A stretch of DNA of 64,000 nt from an uncultured Poribacteria bacterium (lineage in GTDB: Bacteria; Poribacteria; WGA-4E; WGA-3G), in assembly GCA_951813545.1 (NCBI GenBank), contig CATOTL010000002.1, positions 5,185-69,184 of the forward strand, given 5' to 3'. The position numbers were made by a program, and so were the translations under genes. Shown here piece after piece: positions 1-7,931 of the stretch (its first letter is position 1; each line of letters begins with the position of its first letter). The notes under the pieces were generated by a model, which saw only the letters and a list, made by a program, of their open reading frames with translations, was not told where the DNA came from and did not search any database.

Positions 1-805
1 GGATGAATAACTGCTGCCACCCGTAGCCCTCACGGGACCCGATTTTCGCGGCTTCCCACAATTCATGGAACATATCGCCATATTCTTCGGCAGTCGATTC
101 AACGAAGATGCTCGTATCCATCACGTGCATCGGTACGGTTTCAAGCATATCGTCCATAAACTTGTTGAGATTCTCAAACTTCGCGGCTTCGGAGAGATGG
201 ATAAACTTGATTGTACGGGACACAACACGTCTTTCACCTGTTACGGCGATATACGCATCGTTCATCTGTTCGCTAAACTGAATCAGTTGACCAGAGACTT
301 CGTGTGTGACTGGCAATTGTATCGGGAAATGGTCTTTATACCGGCGGTACATATCGTAGATATTTTTACCGGAATCCTGTTTCGTTTCCGTTGCAATCAA
401 CAGATTCGCACCGATATGGCAATTCATGTGCGTAAATCCGATCGCACCTACACCGGTTGAACAGCCCTGTTGTCTGCCTTTAAGCACAACAAGCCGAACA
501 GGTCGCTGTTCAGCTCGACAGTCAAAAAAAGAATTCAGCAGCATGTGCTGCGTATTGTTGCATACCCACGGTACGATTTTATCTGTTTTTCTGTCTTTTA
601 TCTTGAGAAAGGTTTCACCGAATCTAAGGAAATTCTCTTTACTCTCTACAAAATAAAGTGGGTCCGTTTTAAGTTTCTCAATCAGATTCTGACGGGGTGC
701 GTCCTCCGCTCTCTCCCGTTTCGCTAACTCCTCCGCCAGCATCTCCTGTAACGTTTTCTGACTCAGATTCTGATGGGATGTCGATGACGTTGCCTGATTC
801 AGCAT
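1..805 (-). CDS. terL: Terminase large subunit, N-terminal ATPase part (ORF continues past the left window edge)
   Basis: Hand translation of the minus strand is open from ATG 805 (alternative ATG 742) to base 1 with no stop. It contains Walker-A-like VVLKGRQQGCSTG and Walker-B-like KFIHLSE. It is absent from the ORF track because there is no in-window stop. The + ORF 65..460 is its antisense shadow. Confidence 0.75.
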   Translation of the reverse strand, partial: MLNQATSSTSHQNLSQKTLQEMLAEELAKRERAEDAPRQNLIEKLKTDPLYFVESKENFLRFGETFLKIKDRKTDKIVPWVCNNTQHMLLNSFFDCRAEQRPVRLVVLKGRQQGCSTGVGAIGFTHMNCHIGANLLIATETKQDSGKNIYDMYRRYKDHFPIQLPVTHEVSGQLIQFSEQMNDAYIAVTGERRVVSRTIKFIHLSEAAKFENLNKFMDDMLETVPMHVMDTSIFVESTAEEYGDMFHELWEAAKIGSREGYGWQQLFI

Positions 806-1364
806 TTTTTAGTAAAGCCCTAATTTGTTCGTTTGATAAACCTTGGATATCGCGTTTCGCGAGTATCCGTGCCTGCCCTTCTTCTATACTCGCCTCAACA
901 GTTATTTTGGCGGTATCCATCTCAGCGCGTGCTTCTTTGATTAAGTCTTTCGCCGTTGAGATGCCTTGTCGAAACTGTGACGGGTCTTCCTCTGCTTCTA
1001 ACCGAAGAAGCAAATGCTCGTAGAGTTTATCCAACTCTCGCATACGGTTTCGCCGGTGTGAGAGATACGAATTATCAAGGTTTTGGAGATACGCTTCCCT
1101 AAATTCGTTATACGGACCCTGATATTTCTGTGGGAAACTCTTACGCCCCGGACTTAACGCATTCACGCGCCCGCGGAGCAGATATGTCAAAAACTCATTC
1201 TCGCCGAATGCCTCTACATCCTTCTCACAATACTCCCAAAACATCTCTACCACATTTTTACAGATATTCATGGGATTAACGAACTCAGCATACTGGCGCA
1301 CAATGAATAAATCGACTTCGGGCGTAAACTTAAACTTCAGTTGTTTCTTGTCTAATGCTTGCAT
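678..1364 (-). CDS. Hypothetical protein; candidate small terminase subunit by position only
   Basis: 228-aa ORF directly upstream of and overlapping the terL start. Central helical/coiled region and an acidic S/G/E-rich tail. No diagnostic motif. Confidence 0.35.
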   Translation of the reverse strand: MQALDKKQLKFKFTPEVDLFIVRQYAEFVNPMNICKNVVEMFWEYCEKDVEAFGENEFLTYLLRGRVNALSPGRKSFPQKYQGPYNEFREAYLQNLDNSYLSHRRNRMRELDKLYEHLLLRLEAEEDPSQFRQGISTAKDLIKEARAEMDTAKITVEASIEEGQARILAKRDIQGLSNEQIRALLKNAESGNVIDIPSESESENVTGDAGGGVSETGESGGRTPSESD

Positions 1365-1641
1365 TTTTTAATTCTTGGACAAATCCTTGAATTTCTTTCA
1401 ACGCCGCTTGGATAACCTTGTCCCGTTCAGCCGGGATCGTGCTTTTCCCAACTTCAACTTTAATCTCAGTGGAAGATATTGTATGATGCAAAGTTTGAAA
1501 GATATGAAAAGTATAGAGCGGACGTTCCGTCACGGCATCAATCGTGGCGAGACGTACTTCAATAGAAAATTGGGAAGTCTCTCCTAATTTTACTTGGTTT
1601 TCATTGGTATTTTGAGGTTTAGGCTTTCTTTTTCTTTTCAA
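1330..1641 (-). CDS. Hypothetical protein
   Basis: 103-aa ORF tightly packed in a co-directional operon. Confidence 0.5.
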   Translation of the reverse strand: MKRKRKPKPQNTNENQVKLGETSQFSIEVRLATIDAVTERPLYTFHIFQTLHHTISSTEIKVEVGKSTIPAERDKVIQAALKEIQGFVQELKNASIRQETTEV

Positions 1642-1642
1642 T

Positions 1643-1987
1643 TTAACCCTCCAATCCCATCTTGTCTATGGCTTCTGCGGCAAGCGAGTTATCCGTTGGC
1701 GGTGTCGCACCGACGCGGAGATACACGCCTTCGACTTCACCAACGTTGTTTTTAGAATCTCGGACACGGAAATGAAGGTCAGGGAATTTCTCGCGCATTG
1801 CCTCGACACCATCTTCTATGGTTTCCCGTGTGCATGCGTCAGAAAGCGTAATGAAATAGGTGTGTGACATATCGCCAATAATGCGTTTGTCTGTTTTCTC
1901 ATTCGTTGTGAGTCCAGTAATAGGCAAATACCGAAGGATTTTGATTTCAACGTTTCCAAAGGCTGGTGTATCGTGTGCGTCGTACAT
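1643..1987 (-). CDS. Hypothetical protein
   Basis: 114-aa ORF, 1-nt spacing to the next gene, plausible globular composition. Confidence 0.55.
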   Translation of the reverse strand: MYDAHDTPAFGNVEIKILRYLPITGLTTNEKTDKRIIGDMSHTYFITLSDACTRETIEDGVEAMREKFPDLHFRVRDSKNNVGEVEGVYLRVGATPPTDNSLAAEAIDKMGLEG

Positions 1988-1998
1988 GGATTACCTCA

Positions 1999-2235
1999 TT
2001 AAAAATCAGATTCTTTGACTGTTATTTTAGAAACCTCACATTTACGGAAACGGATCGTCCGCTGAAACCTTTTCAACGCGATCGCCTCAAGTTCATCGGC
2101 ACTCTCAAAACACTCACAGGCATCAAGATATTCCGCGGGGGGTAAATCAACATTAATCGCCCAGCCGAACCGAGACGCATATTCGTGGTCTGACATGCCT
2201 GTGTTCTTACGCTTCTTTGTATTCAAAAACGGCAT
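1999..2235 (-). CDS. Hypothetical protein
   Basis: 78-aa ORF in the operon. Confidence 0.5.
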   Translation of the reverse strand: MPFLNTKKRKNTGMSDHEYASRFGWAINVDLPPAEYLDACECFESADELEAIALKRFQRTIRFRKCEVSKITVKESDF

Positions 2236-2282
2236 CTAACAGCAGTCCTCTCTGTTATTGGTTCGGTATACCACCATAAATA

Positions 2283-3608
2283 TCAGAACAAGTCAAACGG
2301 AGAAGGTCCGGAGTGACCGTAGTTCCCAGGGAAATTCCAACTCCGTCCACGATTTCTTCCTGTCAAACTGTGGGGTCCACGTTCATCTAACTTGAATTTG
2401 TAGGATTTGATATTCTCGACTTCCATCCGAAACTCCGCCATGAGTCCAGCGTCCGCATTCGGATTTCGAGACATCTTTTTCTGTGCAAGGATATGCCCAT
2501 AGGCATAGACAGCGTTTAACGCCCAACTCGGTATCTCGCAATAATCCGTTCTCTTAGTCATCGGACGCGGTAGACAAGCGTTACGCACTTCCACTGACGG
2601 CGCGGCATCACGTGCAATGAGTGAAACTTTGCTTGTAGGGATTTCGTCATCACTATCTGCACGGAACACGCGCACCCTATAGGCAACGTCCTCTCGCAAT
2701 TGTACCATATCCGGGAATGAAGGAAACGAAAAATCGTTTGTCCCCACAGCAAGTCCTTTCCGCGCACCTTCGGCTACCTCTGCGTCATCTTCATCGTAAA
2801 CTTTCAGCGTGAATCGCTCATCTTCTTCAAACCCTGACGGCAGTGTGAGTATAGACGCTTCGGCTTGGAACAACACATTATCTTCTTGAAGGATAATGTT
2901 CTGCGGAAGCCCCGTGTAGACTGTTGTAAAGTTATCGACATCCACCTCGGGCCAGAAATCTATGGCATCGCGTGTTTTTTCTGCCATGTCGATTTGGAAA
3001 ATATCGCCTTTTTGGAAAATGTTGGTTTTCCCGCCTGCGAGTTCTTCAACAGAAATAGCATTAATCCCGGGGAATGTCGCGTTGACAACGCCTTGCGATT
3101 CGTCTGTCAGATTATGCACGGTATCCCCTACACGGACCGCGCTTAACCCTGAAGCTGTAATACGGGTTTCGCTTTCTTCGGAGATAATACCGCGCGGTGC
3201 AGCCATGATAGGAACTTGTTCTCGGATTTCGTAGTACCTGAAAACAAAATCCGAGTATTGTGAACGGGTTTGCGCGCGGATTTCGAGCAAATTTGCTCTC
3301 TGTACTTCATATTCTTGTCCATAAGAATGATGAAACACCGCGACGGGTCCAAGGAACAACTCCGGCAAAGTGTATCGCGTGACATTCGACAACACCTCGA
3401 TATAAAACGTATCCTCTAACAAAGAATGATTCGCTGAATAGCAAATCCACGTCACATGGCGTGCTGATTCGTTGAGTATCCGTAATAATTCGTCGAGGTT
3501 GGAGTTGATGCCGTCGTAGTAGACTTTACGGAACGTCCCTTCTCTCGGCTCACCGAGACGTAACCGGAAATTCGTGATGACTTCATCTGCACGGAGTAAT
3601 TCGCTCAT
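2283..3608 (-). CDS. Hypothetical virion-module protein (441 aa)
   Basis: Long ORF in the morphogenesis block. No motif recognised. Confidence 0.6.
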   Translation of the reverse strand: MSELLRADEVITNFRLRLGEPREGTFRKVYYDGINSNLDELLRILNESARHVTWICYSANHSLLEDTFYIEVLSNVTRYTLPELFLGPVAVFHHSYGQEYEVQRANLLEIRAQTRSQYSDFVFRYYEIREQVPIMAAPRGIISEESETRITASGLSAVRVGDTVHNLTDESQGVVNATFPGINAISVEELAGGKTNIFQKGDIFQIDMAEKTRDAIDFWPEVDVDNFTTVYTGLPQNIILQEDNVLFQAEASILTLPSGFEEDERFTLKVYDEDDAEVAEGARKGLAVGTNDFSFPSFPDMVQLREDVAYRVRVFRADSDDEIPTSKVSLIARDAAPSVEVRNACLPRPMTKRTDYCEIPSWALNAVYAYGHILAQKKMSRNPNADAGLMAEFRMEVENIKSYKFKLDERGPHSLTGRNRGRSWNFPGNYGHSGPSPFDLF

Positions 3609-3672
3609 TTGATTTTATCCTTGCCAAACGTCTTATGGGTAACACATATCATGGAACTTGCTGTGTGGCAAC

Positions 3673-3879
3673 CTATGATTGCGTATGCGATTCGTGAGTT
3701 AAATCTTTGTCTAAAACTGCTGGAAACACGGTCCGACCACAATGTGGACAAGATTGCTTTAAATTCAATAAAGTCCGTAGCGCAGAAATCGCTTCAAGTG
3801 TCCGATTCCTTATGTCGAGTTCTCTATCTTCACGACGAATACGAGCAATTAATTCAGATTTTCCGCGATCAATCTTCAT
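3673..3879 (-). CDS. Small hypothetical protein (one CxxC)
   Basis: 68-aa ORF with AGAAGG 7 nt upstream of the ATG. Confidence 0.35.
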   Translation of the reverse strand: MKIDRGKSELIARIRREDRELDIRNRTLEAISALRTLLNLKQSCPHCGRTVFPAVLDKDLTHESHTQS

Positions 3880-3973
3880 AAAAAACCTTCTCTATCAATT
3901 TCGCGAAGATATTATCGTCGCGATAGTTGTATTTATGGGAATTAGTCGTTTTGGACTTGTAAAAATTTAGAAT

Positions 3974-4002
3974 TTGACAAAAAACACAAAAAAATGTATA
4001 AT
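3974..4002 (+). promoter_or_regulatory. Consensus sigma70-type promoter TTGACA-17nt-TATAAT
   Basis: TTGACA at 3974-3979, a 17-nt spacer, TATAAT at 3997-4002. It faces opposite to all neighbouring genes. Confidence 0.7.
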
Positions 4003-4008
4003 ATTCTA

Positions 4009-4260
4009 AGCATTGTTTGGTAGGGATTGTTAGCTGCCTCGCTTGAGGCAGTCCCTACCTAACCGCCTTCCTTTTCAAAACGGAAGTGTTATTTGGTCTC
4101 CTAAATAAGCGTAACAACCTTTTCCATATAGAAGGTCTATAGTTAGGATTATAAACGTAAATACTTCCCGGTTTCATTTAAAAACTCCTTCTAAGTGTTG
4201 AACCAGAAAAGCAACCCGCTTTTTGGGTTCAAATAGGGGGCTACCAACCTCCTATTTTCT
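4009..4260 (+). ncRNA. Candidate ~250-nt non-coding RNA (promoter to terminator, no ATG)
   Basis: No ATG between the predicted start (~4009) and the terminator. Bipartite hairpin at 4019-4059 (GGTAGGGA..CTGCCTC gctt GAGGCAG TCCCTACC) plus several further hairpins. Confidence 0.4.
4232..4260 (+). terminator. Intrinsic terminator-like hairpin
   Basis: AATAGGGGG ctaccaa CCTCCTATT followed by TTCTT. One G-T pair works only in plus-strand RNA. Confidence 0.5.
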
Positions 4261-4357
4261 TATCTATATTGTATCACATAAACCCTTTATTTACAAGGGT
4301 TTAACGCACTTTTTTAACAACTTTCTGCAAGTCCAAAACGACTAATTCCGTTCACAC

Positions 4358-4717
4358 TTACTTCGGCAACTCGCCTATCCAATCGGACACTGGGATTGTC
4401 GCTGTGTTGATACCTGTTACCATAGACCAAGGGTCGAAAGATTGCACCGAGTTCAACCACCAGCGTTCCGCAACCGCTTTACCAAACCCTTTCGTCTGCA
4501 TGAATTCAACAATTTTACGGATACTGCCTCTCTTTACAGATAGATAGACGACATGCTGTTTATCGTTTAGTGGATTTACTTCAACGGTCCTAGAATACCC
4601 GAATTCAGCGTGAAGTTGCTCTGCGAATGCCGAAGCCTCCGCGCTATCCAGCACTGCATCCTTGCCTCGTGGAATAAAAGCCAATTGGTACGTCGTCAGC
4701 GGTGTGCTTTTTTTCAT
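4358..4717 (-). CDS. Hypothetical protein
   Basis: ORF track start is 4744. The ATG at 4717 (MKKSTPL) has GGAGA 9 nt upstream and is preferred. Confidence 0.6.
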   Translation of the reverse strand: MKKSTPLTTYQLAFIPRGKDAVLDSAEASAFAEQLHAEFGYSRTVEVNPLNDKQHVVYLSVKRGSIRKIVEFMQTKGFGKAVAERWWLNSVQSFDPWSMVTGINTATIPVSDWIGELPK

Positions 4718-4739
4718 AGCAGTTTCTCCAGTGATAGCA

Positions 4740-4760
4740 CCCACTACCTAAAGGTAGGGG
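4740..4760 (+). repeat. CTAAAG-loop hairpin, copy 1
   Basis: CCACTACC TAAA GGTAGGGG, flanked by GTGATAGCA on the 5' side and CTTC on the 3' side. Confidence 0.6.
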
Positions 4761-5061
4761 CTTCGGCTTCGTAGCGACTGCGGTTTTCTCTGAGAGTAGA
4801 CCGTCTTATTTTCGCTCCACCCGTAGGCGATTCCCTATCAGGTGAAAAATCCCGATAGGCATATCAAGGCAAACATTCTTGGCTATCCCCGCCTACCTCT
4901 ATCCAAAATGGATAGAAAAGTTGAAAAGTGGACAGCAATACAACGTGCAGACTTTCACCTCTGCTCCGATCCAAGCTTTCGCTCAATTACGCGTTAGCTG
5001 CCCGATACATGTTTTTAGAGTGGTATCACACTCAGCACTTTTTACCACCTCTCACAGTGGC

Positions 5062-5105
5062 GGACAACGCCTGCACAAGGTATGTGCAGGGTGAGAGTGT
5101 TGTCC
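5062..5105 (-). promoter_or_regulatory. Promoter-proximal bipartite leader hairpin
   Basis: Minus-strand RNA GGACAAC actctcac CCTGCACA tacct TGTGCAGG c GTTGTCC, starting about +8 from the predicted start. Confidence 0.5.
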
Positions 5106-5119
5106 AGAGTGTTAGGTTA

Positions 5120-5148
5120 ATTATACCACAAATTTAGCACAATGTCAA
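5120..5148 (-). promoter_or_regulatory. Consensus sigma70-type promoter TTGACA-17nt-TATAAT
   Basis: Reverse complement of 5143-5148 is TTGACA and of 5120-5125 is TATAAT. Spacer is 17 nt. Confidence 0.7.
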
Positions 5149-5187
5149 ATCTTTCTTGGAAAGATTAAGGTGTTTGCGGTCTTATAT

Positions 5188-5207
5188 CCCAAAGCTAAAG
5201 CATTGGG
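5188..5207 (+). repeat. CTAAAG-loop hairpin, copy 2
   Basis: CCCAAAGC TAAA GCATTGGG, followed by CTTT. Confidence 0.55.
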
Positions 5208-5290
5208 CTTTACGACCGAATGCCCGTAAAGTGGGGAGGTCTCACGCTAACCTTTATTCCCCTCGGCAAACGGCGTGACCCATCTATTAA

Positions 5291-5983
5291 CTATTCTTCT
5301 TCGGATGTTTCTTCCGAAGGCATATTCTGAAGTGAGAGTTTTGTTTCTATCGCAGTGAGACGTGCTTCAAAGGTTTCAACCTTCTGCCACACCCACTTCA
5401 CCAACCGTAATGCTATACCAGCGATAGTCATTGGAGACAATGATTCACCATTGCCCCAACCGGTAATTTTCTTAAACTCAGTTGCTTCAGGCGAGACATG
5501 CACTCTGTTTGGCGATCTCTTGTAGTTAAAGCGATACACAGGCAGTTTTTCAAGAATCGTTTTCATCTGATGTTCTGTCAGATCCTTCATATTCTCTTTG
5601 TATTCTGCCAGTGATGTCGCTTGGTAGACACCATCTTCATCAAAGCGTCCTGTAATAACTGCCGCACCTGATGAATCGTAGTCTAAGAATTGAATAAAGT
5701 CGCCATCGTTATTATCATCAGCATCGTATGCTTTACTGAGTTTGAGATTGACAATACCATCTCGCAAATCATCAATCTTGATGTGGAGTCCCGTCTGCGA
5801 AGCAACAGTTGCTTCTGCGTGGTACTTATCTTCGAGTATAGTAATCGGTTGCCGAATTATCATGAATTCTTCATCGGGCCCGATGACAAACCCACCAAAC
5901 TCGAACCGTTCTTTATACTGCTGAAGCATGTGTTTTTGGGTGTTGCCCCAAAACTGCTCTTTGTAAGGATCGTTTCTATTCAC
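5291..5983 (-). CDS. Hypothetical virion protein; C-terminal third resembles a fibre intramolecular-chaperone module
   Basis: 230-aa ORF after the capsid genes. The C-terminus (LPVYRFNYK..ITGWGNG..IAGIALRLV..FEARLTAIETKL) looks peptidase-S74-like by eye only. Confidence 0.4.
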   Translation of the reverse strand: MNRNDPYKEQFWGNTQKHMLQQYKERFEFGGFVIGPDEEFMIIRQPITILEDKYHAEATVASQTGLHIKIDDLRDGIVNLKLSKAYDADDNNDGDFIQFLDYDSSGAAVITGRFDEDGVYQATSLAEYKENMKDLTEHQMKTILEKLPVYRFNYKRSPNRVHVSPEATEFKKITGWGNGESLSPMTIAGIALRLVKWVWQKVETFEARLTAIETKLSLQNMPSEETSEEE

Positions 5984-5994
5984 CTGTTACCTCC

Positions 5995-6759
5995 TTACCC
6001 TGTTAGGAATACCTGAAAGTATTCATTATTAGCAGCAGCTTCGATCGAATACGCAACAATCTGCTGTCCGGCGGTTGCCGTGGCAAGTCCACCAGCGGTT
6101 GTGGATGTTAATGCCGCACCTGTGGTAACTGCAGAACTAGCTACCGCTACAGCGGGACCCTTTTTCTGCAACCAGAAATACGCATCTGCCGACACTTCGT
6201 CGGGCGGAAGACCGCCAAAACCCACGGCTCCGCTTGAAATCGCCATGTTCCGAAACGGCGATGAGACAAGCGTAACGTCAGACGTTGTATCCAACTCCAC
6301 AAATATCTCGCCGTCAATCGTGATGGTGACATTCGTTGCCGATGCGGGTGAAGCTGGAATCGCCTCACTTCTGGCAACTGGGAAATTGAGTCCTTGCCCT
6401 GTACCACTTTTGACGTAGAGATACCCGTCTTGGAAATAATCCTCCGCATACGCGGTCGCATGCGTCGTTGGAATATCTATGACCACTTTTCCCGACAATA
6501 AATCGGGGGCTTCCGGTAAATCGGTAATATCAATAACAGCGATAGCCGGCTTCACACAGATTCCACGCGCCAATGCCGTGCTACCGTTTTTAGCGACAAC
6601 GAATTCTTGCCCGTTATTGAGTACCTTTGGGAAACCGGGTTTATGTGGGAATTTGATTTCCTCACGTTCTTCCCAAACTGACCATTTATACTGGTGAAGC
6701 GGTCTCCATGGTTGACCGAGTTCAGGTATATCTGTGACGTACAAACCTTGCTTAGCCAT
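5995..6759 (-). CDS. Putative capsid decoration/accessory protein
   Basis: 254-aa ORF immediately downstream of the capsid candidate. A/G/T/S-rich beta-type composition. Call is by position only. Confidence 0.4.
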   Translation of the reverse strand: MAKQGLYVTDIPELGQPWRPLHQYKWSVWEEREEIKFPHKPGFPKVLNNGQEFVVAKNGSTALARGICVKPAIAVIDITDLPEAPDLLSGKVVIDIPTTHATAYAEDYFQDGYLYVKSGTGQGLNFPVARSEAIPASPASATNVTITIDGEIFVELDTTSDVTLVSSPFRNMAISSGAVGFGGLPPDEVSADAYFWLQKKGPAVAVASSAVTTGAALTSTTAGGLATATAGQQIVAYSIEAAANNEYFQVFLTG

Positions 6760-6769
6760 CCTCAGCCTC

Positions 6770-7843
6770 CTATGGATTTATGTTGTAGAACTTGATGGTT
6801 CGTGCGCGTTCAGTGCAACGCAAGCACAATGTGATTGTCACACGGAAAATGATGGTAAACTGGTTGTCTGGTATCACAGCCTGATGGAACGTCATATTGT
6901 CCGCAGAATGGATAACCATTTTCAAATCGCGCGGACGGAAGCCGTAAACGACATTTTCATTACCATCGGGGCCTTGGCAATAGTCGTCGGGGAAGAACGT
7001 AGCATTGAAGTGCAGTGCTTTGACGTGATCCTCGAACCCGAGTTCTTCTGCCATCTTGTTACGCGTCTTTGCACCTTCGAGCATGAGGGTCATATTATCG
7101 TAGTGTCCTGACGGCATAAACCACCAGATTTCACCGGAACGTCGCCCTCTATGCACATCGTGCATCGCCGAGTAGTAGTGATTCCAACGTGCAGACTTGT
7201 TTTGGAAATCGAAAGAAATCGGATTCCAAACAAAGTTCTGCGTCTGCGAGAGTTTCCCTTTCCGTTTGAAACGTCCGTAATCTCGATACCCGACTCCAGC
7301 GTAGGGTGTATTCGGTTCAATGATTGCACCGAAGCCTTCAAGCATATCAGGCTCACCCCGTCTGGGTGTTCCGTCTCGGTAGACATCTTCGGAGAGTCTA
7401 TCTGTCAAATCTTCGAGATGCAGTACCAATTCCGTGCCGAGTAAATCAATGAGTTTATCGCGAGCATCGGAACGCAAATCGCTCCACGAACTCATGTTCG
7501 CGATATCTTTGACTGTGAGATTACAATTCTGTAGCAATGTGCGTTGGTCGATGGTGACGGCTGCGTAGTATTCCTTCCATTCGATTGCCCCGCCAGCGAG
7601 CATCTCAACGCGTTCCGTGTTGATGGGACTTGCGCCGCGAAATGCGCCGACATTCCCACGTTTCACACGGTTTTTTATTTCAAGATTCCATCCTGTCTCA
7701 TCTACCGACATCGCTTTGAGCATACCGAACGCGCTGGATTCTCTGTCGAGCGTCGCTGTGGCAATCTCATCGCGAAATGCCGAAAGTGTAGTGAGTTGGA
7801 GTTGATCCAAAACAGGGTAGGAAATAGAGCCAAACTGACCCAT
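6770..7843 (-). CDS. Major capsid protein candidate
   Basis: 357 aa from the ATG at 7843 (AGGAG 8 nt upstream; track start is 7879). It sits directly after the scaffold-like gene, with size and position typical of an HK97-fold capsid protein. Confidence 0.55.
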   Translation of the reverse strand: MGQFGSISYPVLDQLQLTTLSAFRDEIATATLDRESSAFGMLKAMSVDETGWNLEIKNRVKRGNVGAFRGASPINTERVEMLAGGAIEWKEYYAAVTIDQRTLLQNCNLTVKDIANMSSWSDLRSDARDKLIDLLGTELVLHLEDLTDRLSEDVYRDGTPRRGEPDMLEGFGAIIEPNTPYAGVGYRDYGRFKRKGKLSQTQNFVWNPISFDFQNKSARWNHYYSAMHDVHRGRRSGEIWWFMPSGHYDNMTLMLEGAKTRNKMAEELGFEDHVKALHFNATFFPDDYCQGPDGNENVVYGFRPRDLKMVIHSADNMTFHQAVIPDNQFTIIFRVTITLCLRCTERARTIKFYNINP

Positions 7844-7931
7844 GATTTTTGCTCCTACATGTTTTGGATAGTAGCACATCCCTATAAATAGGGAACGGCA
7901 GACAGACGTGCTACCGCCTGCCTGCTATCCG

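Noticed and set aside
65-727. Plus-strand ORFs 65..460, 426..656 and 470..727.
   Set aside because: They lie antisense to a clear terminase ATPase reading frame. They have odd composition and no RBS.
4200-4260. The GGGTTCAAAT stretch as a possible tRNA T-arm, and a wider scan for tRNAs in all intergenic gaps.
   Set aside because: No cloverleaf could be drawn: there is no acceptor or anticodon stem complementarity. No tRNA or tmRNA-like sequence was recognised anywhere in the window.
4745-5290. Group I/II intron or known riboswitch in the long structured gaps (also 12.7-13.2 kb, 37.2-37.8 kb and 59.5-60.1 kb).
   Set aside because: Flanking ORFs look complete, with natural starts and stops. 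I saw no group II domain V consensus and could not match any riboswitch core by eye. This needs a covariance-model search to settle.
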